From IMG/VR virus record IMGVR_UViG_3300042322_000140, positions 228 through 64,227 of that record: 64,000 nt of DNA, one strand, 5' to 3'. A program made the translations under genes and the position numbers. The notes under the pieces were generated by a model. The model saw only the letters and a list, made by a program, of their open reading frames with translations, was not told the origin of the DNA and made no database searches. Each line of letters opens with the position of its first letter. Position 1 is the stretch's first letter. This document shows, piece by piece, positions 27,436 through 35,417 of the stretch. The stretch is from a virus (Duplodnaviria > Heunggongvirae > Uroviricota > Caudoviricetes).

Positions 27436-30268
27436 AGTTTCCTGTTTTTTTATTGTATGTATAGTTTTTTATTGTCTTACCTTTCATCATAGATAAATAC
27501 TCTCCACCATTTTTCATCATTGGCTGACCTTCTTCTGGACCTTCCATTTCTGTTTCTCCTCCTTGTATCTCTTGTAATAACTCTTGTATCATCTGTATTG
27601 CCTGTTCTTCTGGCATACCCATTTGTACTAATTGTTGTAAGATTTGCTTAGGATCAGCTCCTTGTTTCAAAGCTTGTTCTACTTGTGATTCAATTTGTTC
27701 CATGTTTGGAGTTTCTCCTTCTGCACCTTCATTTTCACCTTCCATTTGTTCATCCATCATCTCTCCACCTTCTTGGTAACTTCCTTGGTACCCTAGTTGC
27801 ATACCTGCTTTGTTATTTTCATACCAGTTTGGTTTTTTATTTTGAACCATTCTAGACATAGTGGCTAAGTTCCCAGATCCTACATTAGCTAAGTTTGAAC
27901 TGTATTTTTTATTTTGTTGTTCTTTAAAAAGTTGATCCATAGCGGATAGGTTTCCAGAGCCCACTTTAGCTAAGTTTGCAGCGTATTGTGAATCTTTCAT
28001 ATCTTGATTATCTTTTTCAGCTTTGGCTATAGCCTCTCTGTAATCTCCACCTTCTTGGTAGTAACCGCCTTTCCTTAGCTGTGGTGTTCCTTGTGGTGCT
28101 TCTTGTTGACCACCTTGCATTTGCTCCATAACCATTTGGATTACTTGCGTAGCTTGCTCTTCTGGAATACCTGCTTGTACTAATTGTTGTAGTATTTCTT
28201 GAGGGTCTGCCCCTTGTTGTAACATACCTGCAACTTGTTGTACTATAGCTTGCATTTGATCTCCTCCTGCTTGCTCTTCTTGTGGATTACCCATCATCAT
28301 TTGCCCTCCTTCTATTTCTGGTTGCATACCTCCGTCTTGGTAACCTAACATTTTAGGAGCAGCTTGCCCTAATCTTTGTGTTCCTTGAGTGATAAAACCT
28401 GCGGCTCTAGGTGCAGCAGCTTCTCCAATACCTATAGGCATTGCTTCAAATGTTGTGTAAGGAGATGCAGATAATACTGCAGCAGCATTAAGTGTAGCTT
28501 TAGGTACTAGCTTTAATCCCATCTTAGTTTTATTTTTTAATTTTTCAGATGCAGATAATGTAGGATTGTACCTATTAGCCATTACTTGTTTTCTGTATCC
28601 TTCAGATGTTTCACTTTCTGGAGTATTTGGATTAAGCCATGCTTTAAAATCTCCGAAAGCTTTGCTAGGATTAGCCATGTAATATAAAGGTAGTTCAAGA
28701 CCTAATTGATCATCATATTCTGCTTGAGATCTCTTAGCATCTAATTCTCTTTGGTAGCTACCTCTTGTGTCTTGTTTAAGCTCTGGACCTTTAGGTCTTT
28801 TAGACATATCATATCCTTTAGACTTCCAAAAATCTTCAAGTGTCATTGATTTTTCAGCAGGTGCTACTTTTGCTTTTGCTTTAGGTGTAGCTTTACGCTG
28901 TACCGGTTTAGGTGTTGTAGCAACTGGTGCCTTTCTTAAATTCTCTTTTTTAAACTTCTCACTTTTTAGTTCTGATAAAAGTTTTGTATTATCTTTTGAT
29001 GATCCATCTGTATAACCTAATCTCTTAGCTTCAGACCATGGCATACCTGTTTTTTCTACCCAAGTATCTCTGGCTGAACCTTCATCATACGATGTCTTAG
29101 CTGCACTTTCAGTTTTTGGTACAGATTTGTATCCTTCAGCTTCAAGTTGATTTTTAAACCCGTAGTATGTGTCTTTGTCCATACCTTCTTCATACCAATC
29201 TGTGGCAACTTTTGGCTCTTCCTGTGGACCAAATACTGGGTTTCTAGCTGCTATTTCTGCTTCTACTCTAGCTGAATTTGGGTACTTGTTGATCATATCA
29301 TCTTCGTAACCCATTTCCTCTTCCCCACCTTCTTGGTAATAACCACCATACCTATTCATTTCAAGCGGTCTATCTTCCCCTGTCATGTTTTTTCTTTGCT
29401 CTTCAGCATAATCCTTCATGACTTGATTTTGTCTTTTTTGAGCACCCATTCCTTGTAAGAAAGATTTTGTACCTTTCAATAAAGAGAGTGCTGCACCCCC
29501 AACAGTGGCTCCTATATTTCCATTGGCTGCACTCTTACCAGTAAAAGTAAGTGCATCATCTAAGCCCACGTCTCCATAAGGGTTTACAAATTGAGTTGTA
29601 CCCATTCCTGGAGTTTCTACTTTTTTTCTAGCTGCAGCTCCTCCATCGTCAGTTGGTTTTAGTTGCTCATCTTCTGTAGACATACCCATGTACATTTTAT
29701 TGTAATCAGGTTTGTCAGTACCTAAAGCGTTACTTTGTGCTTCTTGTGTCGGAGATTGTCCAAAATTAGTTTGCATCCCAGCTGGATTATTCTGATACCA
29801 GTTAGGTGTAGGTGTTGGTGAAGCTTTAGGCAATGGTTGGCCATATTGATCTAACTCTGCAGTTCCTGCAAATTGATATTTTGGTAATTGCGTACCACCC
29901 ATTTCATGCTTTTGGTTCCACATAGAGTAAGCAATTGCTATTGCCTGTTTTTGTGGACGGCCCTCTTTCATCAAGATTCCTATTTTTTCACTAATCCAAT
30001 CTTGTTTCATACCACCATCTTTATAAGCTTTAGTTTCCGCTACATAGCTTGCCCCTCCAAATTTGTAGTCTTGGCCTGGCTCCATATATGTAGGTTCATC
30101 CATTGCCATACCATTCTGGTCTAATGGTTGACCATATAATGGATATGGTGTGTTTCTCATTGTTATGTCTTCACTAGGTATATAGTTTATTGGATTACTT
30201 TCAGAAGCATATCCAGGAGTATAACCTGTGTTGTTTATAAGCTTAGATGTTTTTTTGTATTTTCTCAT
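27416..30268 (-). CDS. Modular low-complexity virion cargo protein (950 aa) with repeated YQxGG motifs
   Basis: Six [YF][QK]xGG motifs, duplicated QGADP modules, KQAIAIAYS module, one hydrophobic segment. Confidence 0.6.
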   Translation of the reverse strand: MRKYKKTSKLINNTGYTPGYASESNPINYIPSEDITMRNTPYPLYGQPLDQNGMAMDEPTYMEPGQDYKFGGASYVAETKAYKDGGMKQDWISEKIGILMKEGRPQKQAIAIAYSMWNQKHEMGGTQLPKYQFAGTAELDQYGQPLPKASPTPTPNWYQNNPAGMQTNFGQSPTQEAQSNALGTDKPDYNKMYMGMSTEDEQLKPTDDGGAAARKKVETPGMGTTQFVNPYGDVGLDDALTFTGKSAANGNIGATVGGAALSLLKGTKSFLQGMGAQKRQNQVMKDYAEEQRKNMTGEDRPLEMNRYGGYYQEGGEEEMGYEDDMINKYPNSARVEAEIAARNPVFGPQEEPKVATDWYEEGMDKDTYYGFKNQLEAEGYKSVPKTESAAKTSYDEGSARDTWVEKTGMPWSEAKRLGYTDGSSKDNTKLLSELKSEKFKKENLRKAPVATTPKPVQRKATPKAKAKVAPAEKSMTLEDFWKSKGYDMSKRPKGPELKQDTRGSYQRELDAKRSQAEYDDQLGLELPLYYMANPSKAFGDFKAWLNPNTPESETSEGYRKQVMANRYNPTLSASEKLKNKTKMGLKLVPKATLNAAAVLSASPYTTFEAMPIGIGEAAAPRAAGFITQGTQRLGQAAPKMLGYQDGGMQPEIEGGQMMMGNPQEEQAGGDQMQAIVQQVAGMLQQGADPQEILQQLVQAGIPEEQATQVIQMVMEQMQGGQQEAPQGTPQLRKGGYYQEGGDYREAIAKAEKDNQDMKDSQYAANLAKVGSGNLSAMDQLFKEQQNKKYSSNLANVGSGNLATMSRMVQNKKPNWYENNKAGMQLGYQGSYQEGGEMMDEQMEGENEGAEGETPNMEQIESQVEQALKQGADPKQILQQLVQMGMPEEQAIQMIQELLQEIQGGETEMEGPEEGQPMMKNGGEYLSMMKGKTIKNYTYNKKTGNYDVEFE

Positions 30269-30284
30269 TATATTTTTATTAATT

Positions 30285-32483
30285 TTATTTTCTACTAAAT
30301 AACTTTCTTCCTAAAAACTCTGCATCTTTTCTATTTTTTGAGTCTATAACTATAGTTGTATCTCCTTTTTTAAACCTATCTGTTAAATAATTAATATCCG
30401 GTTTTCTACAGTTAACACAGCCATAGCTAGCATATCTATTTTTTGCCTCTTGTGAGTATAGTGGATTTCTGTTCTTAAAATCATATGTTACATGCAATGC
30501 TACGTCTTTTGATTTTGGTGCTGGTTGTCCAAAAGCTGGTATAGGGTTTATCCTAAAACCTGGTTCTCCATATATATCAGCTTTAGGGTCCATTACATAT
30601 GCACCTACAGGTGTTCCCCTAGATTCTGGGTGTGTTTCTAAATAGTGAACGCCCCTATTATTAACGTTTTGATCCGGGTTTAAGGCTGTTAATACTGGAA
30701 ATGTTCTTGTCACTACTCCATCTTCTACTACATAACTAGTATTACTTCTCTTATCTGTAATAACTCCATTTTGTAGGTTTTGAGTGTTCCCAATATTACC
30801 TGTTATAAAATCATTAAATATATCTAACCCACTTCTATTTGATAAAGGACTCCTGTTTTCTTTATTTAATTTGTTAACTGTTTTGGTATCATTTTTAGCC
30901 TTTCTTATAGGTGCAGCAACAGATTTTTTAGTTACAGGTGGTTTTCTATCCCATAGTGGGTTAATAGGCACTTGAGGAAAAAACTCATTAGTATTTTCTG
31001 TATCCATTTTTTTATTACTTTTTATTTTAAAATTTTTGTCTTTTAGTTGGCTTAGTAACTCTATATTAGAATCTCTTGAGCCGTCTGTATAACCTAATCT
31101 CTTAGCTTCAGACCAAGGGAGTCCTGTTTTTTCTACCCAGTTATCTCTTGCTGAGTTATGGTCAAAATTACCCCCTTCTTGGAATTGTTCTTGAGGAAAC
31201 ATTATGTTTTGTTTTTTTTCCACTGCTGGATGTCTTGTAGTTCTTTCCCATTCATCTGCTTCTTGCCATGTTTTAAAAGGGCCTCCTAAGTGCTCTCCTG
31301 TTTTTTTAAATTCTTCAATAGGATCTGCTAATGGTTTACCATATTTAAAACTAGGAATCAAATAAGCTGGTTCTCCATTTTCTCCACCTATAGACATAGC
31401 TAATTCAGAACTAGGTTCAGCATAAGGTATTCTATACCCTTCTGGTAACTTTTCGCTAGTTGGTTGTAAGAAAGTTAGACTTCTGCCGCCAGTTTGGTAT
31501 TTTGACACCTTGGTTACACTTTTGCCTGTACTTTGTCCACCACATTTATGGCAGTTATACATATCTTTTTCCGTAGATTCAGATTTGTCCCATGACCAAC
31601 CACAGTTAGTACACTCTACTTCTCCTTCTATCTCTCCCCCATCTTTGTAAGCTGGCTCTTGTGGTATTTGGTTTTGGAGTTGCTCGTATTGTATAGCTTC
31701 GTAATTAGGTAATTCTATCTGTGGTACTTGGTAAAACGATGAGTCTAATCCGCTATCTTGTTGTTGTTGTTGTTGAATTTGCTGTTGTTGCTCTTCTTGT
31801 TTTTGTCTTAAGGCTGTAGCTTGGTTTTGTTTAGTTTGTAATTCTGCTAAAAAATCTTTTTCTTTTTGTTTTTGTAATAGCTCTGCCTTTGCTTGCTGTG
31901 CTTCTATTTCTTCTTTAGTAGTACCTATCTCTGGAGCTGTTATGTTTGCTCCTGGATCTGTAAATAAATTCATTGACATATCTGATTCATCCTCGTAATC
32001 ATAGTTTTCAGATGCAGATGGTTTTAGACTCATTTTTTTAGATAGCCAATTTTTTACAAAACCTACGCTTTTACCTTGTACAAAAGGATTATCATGTATT
32101 GCTCTAGTTGACATTACATCTGAAATTGGTCTGTTATCTGCTGTTTTATACAATTTTTTATAACCAACAGCCCCTAAAAAATGAGCCCCATACAAATCTG
32201 CATGGGTTGGCTCTATACCTAAGTTTTTTTTAAGGTAGCTTATATTACTATTAGTAAATCTAACAGCTGCTTCTTGCTGTAGTTTTGTATTAAATCTGTC
32301 TTTCCAGTCATAGCCTAAGCCTGTCCATGTATCCTTTGTAAACTGGTAAAGTCCAGATGCACTTCCAAATGGGTTTTCTGCATACTTCTTCCCTGCACTT
32401 TCTGAACCCCTTACTTTTGCAAAGTAGTTTGTCAAATCGTTTTCAAGTTTTTTTACTTTCCCTGTTTTATCTTCTATGTACAT
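30285..32483 (-). CDS. Virion cargo protein: N-terminal lytic transglycosylase, Zn-ribbon, C-terminal L,D-transpeptidase (YkuD-like)
   Basis: GSES..ASGLYQFT..TW..YGAHFLG (lysozyme-like/SLT); CTNC..CHKC; ALH-x21-SYGCVN. Confidence 0.75.
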   Translation of the reverse strand: MYIEDKTGKVKKLENDLTNYFAKVRGSESAGKKYAENPFGSASGLYQFTKDTWTGLGYDWKDRFNTKLQQEAAVRFTNSNISYLKKNLGIEPTHADLYGAHFLGAVGYKKLYKTADNRPISDVMSTRAIHDNPFVQGKSVGFVKNWLSKKMSLKPSASENYDYEDESDMSMNLFTDPGANITAPEIGTTKEEIEAQQAKAELLQKQKEKDFLAELQTKQNQATALRQKQEEQQQQIQQQQQQDSGLDSSFYQVPQIELPNYEAIQYEQLQNQIPQEPAYKDGGEIEGEVECTNCGWSWDKSESTEKDMYNCHKCGGQSTGKSVTKVSKYQTGGRSLTFLQPTSEKLPEGYRIPYAEPSSELAMSIGGENGEPAYLIPSFKYGKPLADPIEEFKKTGEHLGGPFKTWQEADEWERTTRHPAVEKKQNIMFPQEQFQEGGNFDHNSARDNWVEKTGLPWSEAKRLGYTDGSRDSNIELLSQLKDKNFKIKSNKKMDTENTNEFFPQVPINPLWDRKPPVTKKSVAAPIRKAKNDTKTVNKLNKENRSPLSNRSGLDIFNDFITGNIGNTQNLQNGVITDKRSNTSYVVEDGVVTRTFPVLTALNPDQNVNNRGVHYLETHPESRGTPVGAYVMDPKADIYGEPGFRINPIPAFGQPAPKSKDVALHVTYDFKNRNPLYSQEAKNRYASYGCVNCRKPDINYLTDRFKKGDTTIVIDSKNRKDAEFLGRKLFSRK

Positions 32484-32518
32484 GTATTTATATAAATCTA
32501 TTCTAGTTATATTAGTGG

Positions 32519-32549
32519 CAAAATTAAGAAAAATTATTTAATTTACAAA
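32519..32549 (-). promoter_or_regulatory. Bacteroidota sigma70-type promoter for the cargo operon
   Basis: Minus strand TTTG-N19-TAATTTTG, 35 nt upstream of ATG 32483; a second TAATTTTG at 32546-32553. Confidence 0.65.
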
Positions 32550-32554
32550 ATTAG

Positions 32555-33487
32555 TTAAATATCTGACTCATTGAGAGTGAACTTTAAAGCTATGCTATAT
32601 CTACTATCTTTGTCGTATGTAATTCTGTTTAAGAACCAATCCCCTACCATTCTTTCAAGAAGTGCTTTTCCTTTAAAGCTTACAGCATTTGTGTTTACAA
32701 ACTTATCTATTTGATTTTTGTCCTGTAATAAAAATGGAATGTTATTAGTATTGCTCTTTACTCTATTGTAGAAGTAGTCGTAGTTCCATTTAAAACCATC
32801 TGGGTTAGTTATCATAATATCCTGTGTACCGTTTGTGTTAGTTTTAGGATAGTTTCTTGAATTAGCCGTTTTTGTTTTCTCCGGTATTAGGTTAATATTT
32901 CCTGAACATACAATATTATTGTATATCATAGACTTATTAAATGTTAATCCTATACTAGTAGCATAATCATACTCATTGTGGTATCTTTTTGCCTCTGTCC
33001 ATATTTGGACATTGTTCAATGTCTTAGTTACAAATTCTTCTTTTATTGGGTACTCTACTGTAAATGGTTGTTTTTTACCGTAGAATACTTGGTAAGATTT
33101 GTTTGTTAATAAGTGAGACCATAGACCAAATTCTGAGTAGTCTGGGGTTACATTCATACCTGTTTGGAAGTACTTATTATGATTTATATAATAGTTTGGC
33201 TCAAATCCATAAAAACTCATCCAGGAACCTAATACTGGAGAGTAAGCAATTGTCCAAGATACATCCTCAAAATCTGTTGGGTTTACCTCTACTGGTACTA
33301 CTATATTAGTTATTATTGGATCCACTACATCCAGACAGTTGCAGTGTGCGTTCCCGTTTTGTGTTAATACAAGTGTGCACCCTTCAGGGCACTGAATATC
33401 TGTTAGTACAGTTATCTTTGTGCATTCCTGAAATGGAAACGCTTGTATTGGTGTTAATTCATATCCTTCTGGGCAAGTACAATTCAT
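32555..33487 (-). CDS. C-terminal part of crAss-like tail muzzle/stabilisation protein as a separate gene
   Basis: VSWTIAYSP...WMSFYGFEPNYY and GDWF motifs typical of the muzzle C-terminus; N-terminal CPxG(Y) hairpins. Confidence 0.6.
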   Translation of the reverse strand: MNCTCPEGYELTPIQAFPFQECTKITVLTDIQCPEGCTLVLTQNGNAHCNCLDVVDPIITNIVVPVEVNPTDFEDVSWTIAYSPVLGSWMSFYGFEPNYYINHNKYFQTGMNVTPDYSEFGLWSHLLTNKSYQVFYGKKQPFTVEYPIKEEFVTKTLNNVQIWTEAKRYHNEYDYATSIGLTFNKSMIYNNIVCSGNINLIPEKTKTANSRNYPKTNTNGTQDIMITNPDGFKWNYDYFYNRVKSNTNNIPFLLQDKNQIDKFVNTNAVSFKGKALLERMVGDWFLNRITYDKDSRYSIALKFTLNESDI

Positions 33488-33498
33488 TTTCTATATTT

Positions 33499-35406
33499 TT
33501 ATGTTGTTACTGCTGTAAAACTTAATGGTACCATACTTCCAGATGATATATCTGGTGTAAAGGTATGTGTGCCTGCTGCTAGTGGTGTGCCTAATGCTGT
33601 AAGTGTAATTGTTTGTACACCGGTTCCTGCAAATACTCCTGTGCCTCTAAATGTTACTCCATTCGCACTTGCAATAATATCATATGAACCTACACTTAAA
33701 CCTGTTCCTAAACTTGTTACAGTTACTGTAAGAGATTTTGTTACACCGGTTGTTATTGCTACTCCTGCTGACATAGTTCCTGTTTGTGCCCCCCAAATTA
33801 GTGCTGAAGCAATAGTACTCTTACCTCCAGTTGATGGTTGTAGTACTCTTGGTGCTGCTGATGGATTACATGGATTAATTTCAAGGATCTTATCTCCAAT
33901 AATACCTTGATATACACGAGTTGTCCCTACAAAAAATTCTAATCCTACTACACCTGAGTGTTGGTCATAATATTGATTTGGGGCAGTCCCTAATACATTT
34001 GTTCCTCTTAACCTAATTTTTAAAGTCCCTACCCCAGAAGGTAATCCATTACCTATTGCTAATATTTCAGCAGCACTATATGTTATAGAAGATTGTCTTG
34101 CACCTGCTGCTGCCATATGTGTTGAGGGATCATCCCAATTAGCTATTGGTATAGGGCCACCGCCAGCATTATTCATATTTGCTATACCTACTGGTATACC
34201 GTTTGTCATAAATTCAAACCTTGCTCTGTTACAAGTATGTCCTGATGCAGAACTTAGTGCCCATTGTGGGTTTAGTGTGCCTCCAGGAACTGTGACAACT
34301 CCTATTAAACTACCGTCTAATCTTTGAAAAGTAGGAGTTGATAAAGCTCCAGCTGTTCTTGTCATATTTATTATATTAGCAGAACTTGTGACTGTTATTC
34401 CAAGACTTAATAGTCCTGCAGAATGTGTAGTAACAAAAGTTGCAGCTGTTTGTGTTAAGTCTACATTAAACTCTATAAAGTAGATATGTGATTCATCATA
34501 TCTAACTTCTGCTGATCCATCTGTCCCTGATAAAGTTATTGAGTGGTTAGTTGTTGCATTTGTATACTGCGAGCCTATTCCATCGTAAACTACTCTAGCT
34601 GTAAGTGCTGCTAAACATGTAGTTACTGTTGCTCCTACATTCACTACGTAGTTAAGGTTAGTTGTACAACCGTTTGGTGCAGTTGCTTGTATGTGGTATG
34701 TTACTACTCCTGCTACTGATGCTGTCAATGTGTTTGATATTGTTGTACCTGAACCAGCTATTGCACCAGTTATTGTGCCAGGAGATGTTACAGTCCATGT
34801 AAATGTTGTCCCTGGTAATCCACTGCTAATAGCTATATTTACTGTAGCTCCACTTGCTATTGCTTGTGGTGAGCTAGGTGTTACTATTATATCTGGGACT
34901 GTATTTACTGTGACTATTACTTCAACTGGCTGCCCTTGGCATTGGCTAGATATTTCAAAAGGTGTTATAGTATAAGTTACTGTACCTAATCCTGTTAATG
35001 TTTGTGCTATTACGCTACTATTACCTGATGAAGCCCCCATTACTCCTGATTGAACAGCGGTCCATGTGTAAGCAATCCCAGATTCTGTACTTGCTAATGC
35101 TATATTTGTTGCAGATCCACTACAAATAGTTTGCGGACTTGCAAATACGTCTGCTGTACATACACAAGTTGCTGCTACAATTTCTATAAGTGTACATGTG
35201 TCAAGATTTGGGTCATACGTATATCCATCTGGGCATAAGTCTAGGCCCTGTGTAATTATTTGACAATACCCACCAACTAACTCATACCCATCTGGACAGG
35301 TTGTTATTGTGCATGACGGGTATATTGAGTCTATGTATTCACAAAAATATTCTCCTCCTATTTGTACTAGAGTTCTTCCCTCTAAGCATGTGCATGATTC
35401 TGCCAT
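33499..35406 (-). CDS. Tail-tip adhesin-like protein with CPxGY hairpins and two PKD-like Ig domains
   Basis: CPDGY x2; QTICSG..YTWT..VTYTITP repeats; C-terminal NGVTFRGTG..ITLTALGTP..GTHTFT domain of Flavobacteriaceae surface-protein type. Confidence 0.6.
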   Translation of the reverse strand: MAESCTCLEGRTLVQIGGEYFCEYIDSIYPSCTITTCPDGYELVGGYCQIITQGLDLCPDGYTYDPNLDTCTLIEIVAATCVCTADVFASPQTICSGSATNIALASTESGIAYTWTAVQSGVMGASSGNSSVIAQTLTGLGTVTYTITPFEISSQCQGQPVEVIVTVNTVPDIIVTPSSPQAIASGATVNIAISSGLPGTTFTWTVTSPGTITGAIAGSGTTISNTLTASVAGVVTYHIQATAPNGCTTNLNYVVNVGATVTTCLAALTARVVYDGIGSQYTNATTNHSITLSGTDGSAEVRYDESHIYFIEFNVDLTQTAATFVTTHSAGLLSLGITVTSSANIINMTRTAGALSTPTFQRLDGSLIGVVTVPGGTLNPQWALSSASGHTCNRARFEFMTNGIPVGIANMNNAGGGPIPIANWDDPSTHMAAAGARQSSITYSAAEILAIGNGLPSGVGTLKIRLRGTNVLGTAPNQYYDQHSGVVGLEFFVGTTRVYQGIIGDKILEINPCNPSAAPRVLQPSTGGKSTIASALIWGAQTGTMSAGVAITTGVTKSLTVTVTSLGTGLSVGSYDIIASANGVTFRGTGVFAGTGVQTITLTALGTPLAAGTHTFTPDISSGSMVPLSFTAVTT

Positions 35407-35417
35407 TTTTTATTCTT

